Below are positions 1-12,918 of a DNA stretch of 64,000 bases, piece after piece. Position 1 is the first letter of the stretch. Each line of letters begins with the position of its first letter. The translations under genes were made by a program, and so were the position numbers. The notes under the pieces are model-generated. The model did no database searches and was not told the DNA's origin. It saw nothing but the letters and a program-made list of their open reading frames with translations. Origin of the DNA: the human T2T-CHM13v2.0 reference genome, Homo sapiens; assembly GCF_009914755.1 (NCBI RefSeq), contig NC_060933.1; one strand, given 5' to 3'.

Positions 1-1079
1 TTCATACTCAGACAAGAAGAAAATAATAAAGCCAGTCCCACTGGCTTTCACATAGAGTTTCATAGAAACTCTGCCAGCAGTCAAAGAAGACTATATCTTT
101 ATGAGGACCACCCTCTGTTACTAGTTTGGAGAGAACTGGAAATGCACCGCTATTCGCAGTTAACATGGAGCAGCTGACAGCCTCCAGGTTAAATGGAGTG
201 GAAGACATGCGAGTCAGGAAGACATGGATATGTACCCATTCTGCTGCCATGGTCTGACAAGTCTCAGGGACCCAGGAACATGGTGCTCTTCTTAGCCAGC
301 AGGAGCTAACCTCAGCTGATCAGCCTTAATACACCTCAGGAGCCACCATTCTAGGGCCAACATTTCAGGGACCAGGATGGACCACGAGCTGTCTTTGGAC
401 TGCAGTTCTGGGAAGGAGAGCTGAAAAAGACATGGGAGGTGAGGTGGAGCTGGAAAGGGGCAGGTGCAGGAAGCAGGAGGTAAGTTCTGTAAGGTCCTAG
501 GACGGCAAGGTCCCAGGTGAATGCCTCCCTCTCTGAGGGCAGAGTGCATGCCACTCTGGAATGCCAGCTCCTCAGACCCTTGGGTGTCACTCACCCTTCC
601 TGGACTATGAAGACCCACATGTGCTGCAGCACCCTCCTTGGCTAAGCTCCTGCTATTTTCCTCCTCCTACACCCACAGAGCTTACTACTTTCTCCCTAGG
701 AGAAAGAAGAGCAACACTTTGTGTTGTAAAAGAAAGCCCATTTTCACTAACTCCATTACTCTATGCAAGAATGGGAGAAGCAGAACAGCAGTGGGTTAGG
801 GGCCAGTCCTGCCACCAACACCCTCTGGGACCCTGGGAAGGTCCCTTGACCTCTCTAGGCCTCACAGTCTACACCCTGTTGATCTCCTGGGGTTGGCTGT
901 GGATTAAACAGGAGAATAGGAAAGTTCTTCTTACCAAGAAAATGAGCAACACAGGGGCTTGTATCTATATACTATTCAGAGATTCATCCCCAGCTTCTAG
1001 CTGAGCACCTGGTATACAGAAGGTGCTCAGTATATCCTCACTGAATTGAAACAATAATTTAAGTACACTATATTCTGTA

Positions 1080-1460
1080 TTTATTTCTTCCTTCAACAAA
1101 TATCTTTTTAATACAAAATAAAGACATAATTCCTATCTTCAATGAGTTTTCAGTGAGTGAATGTAGAAAAGACAAACATCAAATAGAAACAAATATATAA
1201 TTAAAATCTGTGATTAAGTGCTGCCAATAGCAGGAACTTATATATAAAACAGGGAGACTGGCTCTAACTAAGAAGTCAGAGAAGGCTTCTCTGAGAGAGT
1301 GACATTAACTTAGAATCTGAAAAATGAGCAGGAGTCAGTCAGGCAAAAAGGGGTAGAGGCAAGATGTTTCCAGGAACTAGAAACAGCTTGTGCAAAGGCC
1401 AAGAGGCAGAAGTGGGTCTGTTACATTAGTGGGAAGATAAGATCAGCAGAGATGGAAAAG
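1080..1460 (-). mobile_element. L2 fragment
   Basis: ttcaacaaatat... and gtcagagaaggcttctctgag...aacagcttgtgcaaaggcc typical of reverse-oriented L2 3' region. Confidence 0.7.
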
Positions 1461-2044
1461 CAAAGAATCACAGGGAGAATGGCAGGATACGAGGCTGGAG
1501 ATAAAAACAGAGCTTGAACCAGAAGATCCACAGGCTTCCTAGCATCATTCCCCTAAGGCAAATCCTCTTTGTTTCTGGAGAGAAATGCGGAGTCCTGACT
1601 TCTGGACATGGGTTGTGGCATGCAGAGCAGGCCACAAGAAAGTCATCACTTTTGCCAGGCACATAAAGATTATGAAATCCTAAAACTACTTCCATGATCA
1701 CCCTCACCTGGTCTTTATAGAGCCCTTGATTTGATGCTCTGTTTTGCTGCAAAGGCTAGAGCTGAAAGGGGCCCTGGAGATCATAGAGCCTAGTGGTATC
1801 TCACTGTACTTCACAAAGCTCAAGAACCACTTCAGAAAGGGGAAGAGAAGGCCTACAAGGAAGGGCTTTGGGCCCGTTCACCCTTCCCTCAGCCAGAGAA
1901 GTTCAGCTTTGCTCTAGTTTTTACAGCACTCTTCACAGTGGAGCCATCCAAGATTCCATTTGAAGAAAGGCTTTGATGACAAAATAGGGATTTTGAAAAC
2001 CACTACCATTGTGCAAATGAGAACTCTGAGGTCCTAATGAGCAC

Positions 2045-2450
2045 ATGTCTTGCTTTTTCTACCCAACAATATTTTAGTATTGATTCCTAGACCCACCTTT
2101 CAAAATCTACCTCTTCTCCATTTATGTATATCCCAGACGGAACATCAATCCAGGTATCATCTTCTTCCCTAGATGAGACATATATATCAGGCCACCCTGG
2201 GCTAATGAGACTCTCCCAAGAATTCTGAATTCCGGTGAGGTCATGGGAGTGAGGAAAGGATGACAGACACTTGGATCTCCTTCATCCTAGTGGGAGTGCT
2301 CTGATGAGACTGTGTGCTGGTTATTGCTCCCAAGATCCCCAGAGCAAGCTCCTTCAGCAATTCTATCCTTCCATGAGCCATCCCAAATAGAAATATTTGG
2401 ATATTTCTTAAATAAACAGAGTTGGCTTCTATTGGTTGCAGACCAACTGA
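2045..2450. mobile_element. Old ERVL-type LTR (LTR16/LTR33-like)
   Basis: 3' end cttaaataaacagagttggcttctattggttgca resembles these LTR ends. Confidence 0.5.
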
Positions 2451-3499
2451 TAGACCCTGTAATCTATGGATGGCTTGGTTAGGGTGCTCAGAGAGTTGGG
2501 AGTGTAGCCAAGATTAGAAGTCAGAGCTCTTCAACCACAGCCTGTGACGGCCTGGGCTGGTGACTATTTGCAACCTCATGTTAGCTGGGTCCTTAATCCC
2601 TAGAATTCTGCCTTGTCTTCCCAGCCTCTTTCCCCAGAGTCTCATGAAGAGTAAAATTATATCCTTTCTATATCCTCCAACAGAATTCACAGGCTATCTT
2701 GCCCTTGGGGTCCTTCTTTATAAATATGACATCAGTCACTCCTCATTGACCATAAAATAATTTATTCAATGTGCAAAGAAACAAGTACAGATATTATGCC
2801 AGGATCTGGATCTCAAGCCAAACAGAAACAAGATAAATGTTTAACTAATCCTTACTGTGCTACTCCAATAGTATGCGTGTGCCTTTCACTTCAACCTGAG
2901 CAAGGATTAAAGAAATCATTTGCAATATACCCTGCTTCAGAAAGCACCTGTGAATGTCCTGGGTCTACATCACTCTTCCCTTTGCTCACAATCCAAGCAG
3001 GTTAATTTCCTATATGAAAGAAGCTGCAAAGGGGGTGGGCAAGAGGGGAGAAAGGGCTTTTGGTTTTTCTTCTTTAAGCCTATTGACTAGAGCTGCTTCC
3101 AACAGTAGCAGAAGTTGCTCCCAAGGCATTTGAAGGAGATGGGAACACACAAACCTAATTGCATTACACTGCAGCTTGACCAAGCGATCACTAACTTGAT
3201 TGCAGAGAAAGGAAATGAAAATGACAGAGACAAATTCAACTCAACCGTTCTCTTACTTAAACTCAGGACTCAGGCCACCAGCTGGAAGGCAAAGGGAATA
3301 GAGGCAAATGCTCATGGATAATTGAGGAAATTATTTCTGTGGTCTGTAGCCCTTTTGAAGGAGTGGAAGTAGGGTATGGGCACCCTTTGTCTTACCTACC
3401 TCCAGCCATTTAGCTCTTCCCCAGTGGTCTACTCAGACTTGACACTATGGAGGCAGGAAGAAGGACCATATTCGACACTGGTATCTATCCATTTATTTG

Positions 3500-3830
3500 C
3501 TCCTTCACTCATTCATTCATCCAGTGAACATGTACTGAGTACTAATTGTGAACCAAATGCTTGGAGAAGCACTAGGTATGCGGTATTGAAAAAAAGAGAC
3601 AAAGTCCCTGTCCTTGAAAAGTTTAGTCTGGAGGGGCCCACAGACAATTAACATGAACAGATACCCAAATGCAATGTGGCTACTGAGTGACAAAAAAAAA
3701 AAAAGAACAGGGTGTTGTGAGAAAGACAGTGTATTCGGGGGTAGGTGAACATGGACTCTAATTAGGATGGAATGGCCAGGGAGGCCCTCTGGGGTCTCTG
3801 GAAAGCAAAAGAAATGCACCATGAGTGAAG
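3500..3830 (-). mobile_element. L2 fragment
   Basis: cattcattcatcc...gtactgagtac...agacaaagtccctgtcctt. Confidence 0.7.
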
Positions 3831-4009
3831 GTGGAACCAGGCCAAGCCTTGACAGCAGTGGCTCTCAACCCAGGTTGGCACTTTGGAATCACCTAAGCCA
3901 CTGGGAGAGATTACAAACAAAAACAAGAGAAAACAGCAATGCTTGGGAACAACCCTCAGTTATTACAATTTAGCCTAGGGTAGGGCCCAGATCCTGAGAT
4001 ATATACAGA

Positions 4010-4763
4010 TATTTTTTAAATTAATAGACTTTATTAGTTTTAGGTTTAGAGAAAAATTGATGAGAAAGTACAGAGAATTCCAATATCCTAACTCTCCCCT
4101 CCACAAACAGTCATCCCTATTATTTACATCTTGTGTTAGTGTGGCCCATTTGTTATAATTGATGAGCCAATATTAACTCACTGTTATTAACTACAGTCCA
4201 TGGTTTACATTAGGGTTCAGTCTTTGTAGTGTACATTCTATGGGTTTGACAAATATCCAGTAACAGATGTTCATCATTCCTGTATCATACAGAATCGTTT
4301 CACTGCTCTAAGAATCTTCTGTGCTCTGACCCTGCTCATCTTTCCCTCCCTACTAGTCCTGACAACTGATCTTTTTCTTGTCTCCATAGTCTTGCCTTTT
4401 CCAGAATGTCATATAGTTGAAATCATATAGTATGTGGCCTTTTCAGATTGGTGTCTTTCACTTAGCAATATGCTTTTAAGGCTCCTCCATGTCTTTTTGC
4501 TGCTTGATATTAATAGCTCATCTATTTTTATTTCTGAAAAATATCCCATTGTCTGGATGTACTCCAGTTTGTTTATCCACTCACCTCACAACAGACATGT
4601 TGGTTTCCTCCACATTTTGACAATTATGAATAAAGCTGCTATAAACATTCATGGTGGACATGAGTTTTCAACTCATTTGGGTATATACCCAGGAGTGCAA
4701 TTACTGGATCCCATGGTAAGAGTATGCTTTGTTTTACAAGAAACTGCCAAACTGTTTTACCCC
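4010..4763 (-). mobile_element. L1M (L1MC-like) 3' fragment
   Basis: tttacattagggttcagtctt...gtacattctatgggtttgacaaat; gaataaagctgctataaacattc; gaaactgccaaactgttt. Confidence 0.85.
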
Positions 4764-4829
4764 TAGTTACACTGATTTAATTGGCCTAAGGTAGATCCCA
4801 GGTCCTGGTATTTTTAAAAGCTTCCCAAG

Positions 4830-5009
4830 TATAATTGGTCCTCCATATCCATAGGCTTTGCATCCATAGATTTACCCAACCATAGATGGAAACTCACAGA
4901 AATGGAGGGTGGACTGGACTAATTTTCTATCTGAGGTTAGTTGACTTGGAGGATAGGGAACCCTAGGAATCTGAGGGGCCAACTGTAAGGATACGGAGGG
5001 CCAACTGTA
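4830..5009. mobile_element. MER2-like TcMar-Tigger non-autonomous element
   Basis: Degenerate left TIR ta-taattggtcctccatatcc and right TIR ggatacggagggccaactg-ta. Confidence 0.7.
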
Positions 5010-5102
5010 TTCTAAGGGACAGCTAAAGCTGAATATCTTGTAGGCCTTGATTAGGAACCATGTATTTCATTATAAGCACAATGGGAAGTCATCATGAATT
5101 TA

Positions 5103-5466
5103 AGTATGAGTCCATTTTCATGCTGCTGATAAAGACATACCCAAGACTGGGCAATTTACAAAAGAAAGAGGTTTATTGGATTTACAGTTCCACATGGCTG
5201 GTGAGGCCTCACAATTATGTCAGACGGCAAGGAGGAGCAAGTCACATCTTATGTGGATGGCAGCAGGCAAAAACAGCTTGTGCAGAGAAACTCTCATTTT
5301 TTAAAAGCCATCAAATCTTGTGAGACCAATTCACTATCATGAGAACAGCATGGGAAAGACCTGCTTCCATGATTCAATCATCTCCTACTGGGTCCCTCAC
5401 AACACGTGGGAATTATGGGAGCTACAAGATGAGATTTGGGTGGGGACACAGAGCCAAACCATATCA
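5103..5466 (-). mobile_element. THE1 (THE1A/B-like) MaLR LTR
   Basis: Close match to the THE1 LTR reverse complement: tccattttcatgctgctgataaagacataccc...gatttgggtggggacacagagccaaaccatatca. Confidence 0.93.
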
Positions 5467-5866
5467 TTTCGCCCCTGGCCCCTCCCAAATCTCATCTTGT
5501 AAGCACATTTCAAAACCATTCATGCCTTCCCAACAGTCCCCCAAAGTCTCAACTCATTTCAGCATTAACTCAAAAGTCCACAGTCCAAAGTCTCATCTGA
5601 GACAAGGCAAGTCCCTTCCACCTTTGAGCCTGTAAAATCAAAAGCAAGTTAGTTACTTCCTAGATACAATAGGGGCACAGGCACTGGTTAAATACAGCCA
5701 TTCCAAATGGGAGAAATTGGCCAAAACAAAGGGGATACAGGCCCCATGCAAGTCTGAAATCCGGCAGAATAGTCAAATCTTAAATCTCCAAAATGATCTC
5801 CTTTGACTCCATATCTCACATCTGGGTTATGCTGATACAAGATGTAGGTTCCCATAGTCTTGGGCA
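5467..5866 (-). mobile_element. THE1-int 3' fragment (5'-truncated provirus)
   Basis: PPT complement cccctggcccctccc adjacent to the LTR; internal sequence ends abruptly at ~5866. Confidence 0.9.
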
Positions 5867-7042
5867 TTCATTATAAGCACAATGGGAAGTCATGAGTTGA
5901 AGCAGAGAAGAGGCATGATTTGATGTACATGTTTATAAAGTCATTCTGGCAGCATGTGAGAATGGATTGGGAAGGCCTGACGGGGGATTAAGAGCAAGAC
6001 AGAATCTGAGAGACCAATTAGGAAACTATTGAATTATAGGTCAGAGTTGTTAGTAACTTATAGCAAGGTAGAGATGGAAAGAAATACATGGATTCAAAAG
6101 CTACATTGAGAGAAAAATCAATAAGCTTTGATCATAGGTTAAACATTGAAATGAGGGGAAACAAAGGGAGAAATCCAAGGATTACAAGAGATACTTCTAA
6201 TCCTTCTCTGGAAGCAAATTTAAATCTACCCTGCAGATAGGCACAAAGGTTACTAGCTTATTTTCTTTTCTGTCATGGTCTTCTTTTCTCTTTCTTCTTT
6301 GTTTTGTACTGTTTGTTTGTTTGTTTTGTTTTTGAAGTAAGAGCTCCTCTTAATACCGATTACTATTTTAAGGGATTACTAAACTCTTACAACCTAATTG
6401 GGCATAGGCCTTTAAGGTCAAACTCAATCTCCTTTGCCCACATCAGAAGGCTACATGATATTTTAGGGATATGTTAGCTTAGCTCAAATGCTTTTCATTG
6501 TCAGTTACAACCAAGAGTTGAAATTTTAGAAGGGATAGTCTCTTAAGAGAGTTTATCAGTCTTGGAAGTTTTCTTCTGAAACTACCCAGCAGATGTTTCC
6601 AATGCCCTGAGGAAAAAGGCTTTAAGAAAGAGCTGGTGATGAATAGTGCAAGAGCAGCAGAGGAGGTTGAGAAAGAGGAGCCCACCAGAGTTACAGAAAA
6701 AGAGCTTTGCAAAACAGGAATAAGACACTCAGGTCTCTACCAGCTGCTCTCAAAAACCCACCTCACATTAAAAATCAAGGTCATGGACAAATTGGCACAA
6801 GATGGACCAAGTGGTCATGGTGGCCTCTAAGTTCACTCAGGACATTTGGAGTCACATTTGGTAACAGGAGTAGACAAAGAGGCTACCTGTCAGGAATGTG
6901 GAGGTTCTGACCTCACATGAAAGCTAGAGCTGCTCCCTGAAAGGCCAGCCCCTCCTCAGCCAAGAATCTCACTTCTACTCTCTCCTTAGCTGCAAATACC
7001 ATACTGGAATGTCTGACCCTGAGCAGAAGGAGCCAGCTTTAA

Positions 7043-7056
7043 GCTGCAGATGGCGC
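7043..7056 (+). promoter_or_regulatory. Candidate CTCF site
   Basis: gctgcagatggcgc matches the CTCF core (..CAGATGGCGC); CpGs retained locally. Confidence 0.45.
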
Positions 7057-7574
7057 CACGCTGGTCAACAAGGGACTTTGGCTGGTTTCTCTGGTTAGGG
7101 TAGGTGGACAGGAAAGACTTGTGCTCAGAGATTCTAAAGAGAACTTGAGATTGTTGGGGACAGAGAGACAGAGACTGAGAGAAAGTGATGGAAAGACAGA
7201 CACACAAACACACACACAGATGTAGAGAAAGAGGAGAAAAGAGACATTAAAAGTAAATAGAAAGCGAGAGAAAAAAACACTAAAGACAGAAAAGAGAAGA
7301 AATTTAAAAAGTGGAAATGGAAAGGAAACTGAGGAAAGCAAGGAATGAGACAAGGATGGGGAGGAGAAAAGAGAGGAGAGCCTCTTGCATTCCATTCTCG
7401 TGCCATCACTCACACGGGACAGTTTTCAGGAGTTCTCTCTGGAAGAAACACTCATAAATCTTCCATAAAACAATGATGAAAGAAAGCTCAAACCTGTGCA
7501 TTCATGTCAGACAGTTCCATCCGCTCCTGTCTCGCAGGGACTGAGAGCTCCTGAGACCCTCTTGCTAAGGCCTA

Positions 7575-7700
7575 GGAATGGGCAGGCTCTGAGGTGGAAT
7601 GGGCAGGCTCTGGGGCTGGATAAGCAGACTCTGGGGTGCAGTGGGGAGACTCTAGGGTAGAATGGGCAGGCTCTGGTATGAAATGGGCAAGCTCTGGGAT
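7575..7700. repeat. Degenerate minisatellite, ~21-bp unit x6 (GGAATGGGCAGGCTCTGGGGT)
   Basis: Six tandem variants read directly. Confidence 0.85.
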
Positions 7701-8073
7701 ATGGAGGAGGAGGAGGAGATGGGAAGGGAAGGGATGGCTGAGAACAGGCCCATCAAGGGTCCAGAATTCCTACTGGTAAGTGTGATTAATAGGATTCATC
7801 TAGGACATCCTGGACTATAAGATGCACCAGACTTTGCGAATGCAAGCTTATGATGCAATATTTGTATTAGCAACCCTTGGTGTCTTTTCAAAATAAATTG
7901 CCTTAAACTTGCATTTTCAAAGTGGATCTCTTTGGGGTTACTGGTTACAGTCCTGTCATGAAAGTCAGTGCTACCAACATTAATTGGTAGCACCTATTCA
8001 ATAACAGATTCTGTACCAGGCAACAGGAGACAGAAAAGGCAAGAGTCCTTCCATCCCCTCAAGGCTTTCATAG

Positions 8074-8280
8074 GCAGTGCTATCCAACATAAATTTCTGC
8101 AATACTGGACACGTTCTATGTCTATGTTATTCAATGTAGTAGCCAAGAGTCACATGTGGCTATTACTTAAATTTATAAAAATTAAGTAAAATTTAAAATT
8201 AGTTCCCCAGTGATCCTAGGCACACTTCATATGCTCAATAGCCACATATGGCTAGTGGCCACTATATTGGATTTTGCAGG
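8074..8280. mobile_element. MER3/MER33-like hAT-Charlie element inside L2
   Basis: gtcacatgtggcta...gctcaatagccacatatggctagtggccactatattgga. Confidence 0.8.
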
Positions 8281-10404
8281 CAGAGGATGAGATAAGAGAG
8301 AGACATCAATATATCAATATAAGGGAGGAGGCCTAAGAAAGATAAATAAAGTGTCCTGAATAAAGTTAATCAAAGATAAATAAGGCAAAGAGGGAAAGCG
8401 GGAGGAGAAATAAGGAATGAATGTTTCTGTGAGGAAAGTAGCTTATACGAAACAGGTAAGTTCCACCAGCAGAAATTCAGGAGAACAAGGTTGTCCCTGA
8501 CAGAGGACACAGCTCGAGCAAAGTCACAGAAATGGGAAAGTAAAGCTTATTTTCCGGACAGTAAAAACCCCAGTTTGGCTGAAGTGTAGGCAAAGGAACT
8601 GTGAGAGAGACAAGCAATAGAGGCGGGTTGGGTCCTTATACAGAGGACTCAGCTGCTAGGGAATTTACTCTTAATCCTGTAAAGCAGTGGGGAGCCACTG
8701 AGGATTCCACATGAGAGAAAGACAACCTTTGGGAATGATTCTTCAAGTATCTACTTGAAGAAAGAAACTGCAGCAGTAGAAACTGCCAAGAGACTGGGAG
8801 AGTGATGAGGGTGGTGGAAACGAGGAAAGAGCATGGGGGAAATGAGGAAGGAAGAGCTGCTACTGGATTACAAGACAGAAAGCTGTATGGGACCCTTATT
8901 TCTCCCACAACAAGAATGGCATCTAAAAGTCTAACTATCACTGTGAAAGGCAGATCCCTGAAGTCATTTCCTGAGCCAATGTCTTTTCAGAGGCAGAATC
9001 ATCCAAGAAAGGAGTGCTTTCTCATAATCATTTGTCAGCCCATTAACCTATATAGCAGGACTCCTTCCCCAAATGCCGCCCCCACTGTGTCCCCTCATAA
9101 GCCACTGGGGCAGGGTGCCTGAGAATTGGATAGAAGAAAGGAAACACAGAAGAAAGGAAAATGAGATGGGGAGAAGAGGTCTTTAAAAAAACATGCTGGG
9201 GAAGTCAAAACAAATTCCCAGCCATTCCTGCTGGAGATTTTATGGGGCGAGACATCCCCAAAATAGGTTTTGAATTATACTCTGCACCTCATAAAACACA
9301 GGAACTCTTGGCAGCCCGCTCACACACACTGCCCTCTTGTTACCTGCCCAACCGTCCCTAAAGGTAGGCATGCTGGGAAACCCAGTGGAGACAAAAGAAC
9401 TCAAGGCTGGTGTTCTGAGTTCTGTGTTCATAAGTAGCCTCACTCCCTTGACGTCAGGAAATGTAGTAGCCTTCTCCCAGCCTTTGCCTCCCTCTGTGCA
9501 ATAAGAAAGCTGGATGTGGCCAGAGGGCCCTGGAGTTGTGAATTTAGATAATCTGGGGAATTGGGGTGCAAATACGCAGAGTTACACAGAACCCCCATGA
9601 AACCATACATGTACAAGGTGAGGGCAAAAAGGACTTGAAAGAGAATGCCTGTTGAGGTGTGGTCCCAGATGGAAAAAATATTTGTTAATGTTTAATTATT
9701 TTCTAAAAATATTGAAAGCTACTGCTGAACAACAACAAGAAGAATCTATAGAACATTCCTGGTCTTTGGGAAGTCAGTGTGATCTGGGAATTTAACAGCA
9801 GCTCTAACATGCTCGGCAACTTTACTATTGGAACCACAGTTTTCTCATCTATAAAATAGGGGATAGTGTGGGGTGCCTCCCTAAGAAGGCCACCCCAAAG
9901 CATGAGGACATCAATGGCAATTGCTGAGGAATCCTAGGAAGGGTTATGAACTACAACAGTCAGGAGTTCCTGGCTCATCTCTGGGATTCTGTTTCCTCCT
10001 CTTTAAATCAGAATTTTGGACAAATGATATCTAAAGCCTCAGCCACTAAAACTGCTATGACTTAATGCCTCTGTCAACCTGAAATGTATATATTTCAAAA
10101 GCTTACAGCTGGCCTTCTTTCCACTGACTGCCAGATGAGCTTGCGTTTCATGTTATCTCTGTAGAACATTTCGGGCCTCCCCAGCTATGAATGCTTACAC
10201 TGCTAAAGTGCTGCCTCTCCAGCACTCAGGACTTTGCCACCCGTTAAGTTGTATTTTACAGGAAGCCAATTTGTTTTCCAGACCTGCTTATGCTCATTAT
10301 ATTTCTTATAATTACAAAACTTAAAGAAATAGTTTACTTTTTATTTTTTATTTTTGTGTGTATATTGTAGGTGCATATATTTATGGGGTACATGAGATGT
10401 TTTG

Positions 10405-10701
10405 TGTTGTTGTTGTTATGAGACAGAGTCTCACTCTGTCTCCCAGGCTAGAGTGCAGTGGCCTGATCTTGGCTCACTGCAAACTCCGCTTCCTGGGTTC
10501 AAGTGATTCTTCTGCCTTAGCTTCCTGAGTTGCTGGGATTACAGGTATGCACCACCATGCCCAGCTAATTTTTGTATTTTTAGTAGAAACAGAGTTTCCC
10601 CATGTTGGCAAAGCTGGTCTCAAGCTCCTGACCTCAAGTGATCTGCCCGTCTTGGTCTCCCAAAGTGCTGGGATTACAGGCGTGAGCCACCACACCCAGC
10701 T
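10405..10701 (-). mobile_element. AluS element
   Basis: Full dimer; TSD tacatgagatgttttg / tatatgagatattttg; tail decayed to (TTG)n. Confidence 0.95.
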
Positions 10702-10777
10702 ATATGAGATATTTTGATACAGGCATGCAATGTGAAAAAAGCACATCATGGAGAATGGGGTATCCATCCACTCAAGC

Positions 10778-11044
10778 TTTTTTTTTTTTTTTTTGAGGGG
10801 GAGTCTCGCTTTGTCACCCAGGCTAGAGTGTAGCGGCCCAATCTAAGCTCACTGCAACCTCTGCATCTCAGATTCAAGCAATTCTCCTGCTTCAGCCTCC
10901 CAAGTAGCTGGGATTACAGGCATGCACCACCATGCCTGGCTAATTTTTTGTATTTTTAATAGAGACGGTGTTTCACCATGCTGGCCAGGTTGTTCTCCAA
11001 CTCCCAAAGTGCTGGGATTCAAGCGTGAGCCACAGCGCCTGGCC
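10778..11044 (-). mobile_element. AluS element with internal deletion
   Basis: T-tail, TSD catccactcaagc / catcccctcaagc; ~30 bp missing from the left arm. Confidence 0.95.
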
Positions 11045-11119
11045 CATCCCCTCAAGCATTTATCCTTTGAGTTACAAACAATCCAATTACACTCTTTATT
11101 TAAAAATGTACAAAACTTA

Positions 11120-11575
11120 ATGAAATATTCTGCAAATTAAAAATTTATGAACATCCAAGAAAGTGGTTTCTAGGAGGACTAAGTTGATTATACTATTTAA
11201 AAAAAACAAAGAAAGTCACTTAAATATTGCTGTTGAATTAGGTCAGGTGCGACAACTATAAAAATTTAGAAAGGAATCATAAAACTCTAGAAAAATTACT
11301 TGGCAAGCATCTTTAGGTCCTCAGTCTCCTTTAATGAAACCAACACTGGAGATCATATCTGGTGTATTATGAGCATGGTTTATGGAAGACAGATGGCATG
11401 GAACTCCAATCAGCTGATCCAGCCTCCAAGAGGCAGCCTTGGGCCTACATCTAATAATTGGCAAATGTATGCACATTTACGTATTTTAAGTTAAAATGAA
11501 ATGTTTACGGTGCGTCTATTACTTTTTATGATTCTCCACTTTAATGGACTTTTTCTACTAACTGACCAACTGCCA
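11120..11575 (+). mobile_element. Ancient TcMar-Tigger (Tigger15-like) remnant
   Basis: gcatggtttatggaagacagatggcatggaactccaatcagc encodes AWFMEDRWHGTPIS, like the CENP-B-type HTH of pogo transposases. Confidence 0.6.
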
Positions 11576-12274
11576 GTCTAAATGGCTTCAAAAACAAGGA
11601 TTTCTAGGGCAAGGAATTAAAATGAAATGTAGTTAGCCCTCCCCTGAATAGTTTGTCTCCCCACACAAATGAGAAGTTTAACGAAGAAGAAGAGAAGCAC
11701 TGATTTAGCAATCATGTCAAATGCCATGCCAGAGACACCCACCCCCGACAGGTTGTAATAACTAGTCCCTTTCTAGCTTCTCCTTTGCTGAGTTCAGTTT
11801 CTTCTACTTCTCCTGACAGAAGAATCATCATATTCCACACTCTCTGTGTCTCATATGTATCTGCATGTATGTATGTATTTGTGTACATGTACGAATGTTT
11901 CTGTTACATATTATGTATATGTGTGTGTGTGTGCATCTTTATGTGTAAATCAAGCAAAGGAAAATAAAAAAAGAAAATTCCCTAAGACCTACAGGAAATC
12001 TTGAGATAGTTTCAGGGGCCTGAACATTCTAGGGGTGGTTTGTAAAGCTGGCTTAATGTTAATTATAAGACGGACAGTAAGATTCCTTCAATCACACTAC
12101 CACCAAAAAATGTGGAAGGAACATTAACCATCTCCTTTCCAATATATTGTACATGGAGAATGGAGGCCGATGCTGTGGTTTGGACATAGTGCCATCCTTC
12201 TAAAATGTTTTTTAAATGTCTAAATGCATGTTTTGTTCAGATGAAATTGAAGCTCCAATGTTACAGGCAGCTAA

Positions 12275-12918
<644 letters not shown>

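Larger units (their letters stand above)
3856..5040. mobile_element. MER5A-like hAT element, interrupted by L1 and MER2-like insertions
   Basis: cagtggctctcaacc...ggaatcacct start; resumes ctgatttaattgg...tttttaaaagcttccca at ~4772 and ttctaagggacagc at ~5010. Confidence 0.65.
10340..11112 (-). mobile_element. L1 (L1MA/L1PB-like) 3' end interrupted by two Alus
   Basis: tatttatggggtacatgagat | tttgatacaggcatgcaatgtg...ggagaatggggtatccatcc | ctcaagcatttatcctttgagttacaaacaatcc reads continuously once the Alus are removed. Confidence 0.85.

Noticed and set aside
1001-1030. 10-bp perfect hairpin ctgagcacct...aggtgctcag
   Set aside because: Lies in an L2 3' end that is already partly self-complementary; too short for a miRNA precursor
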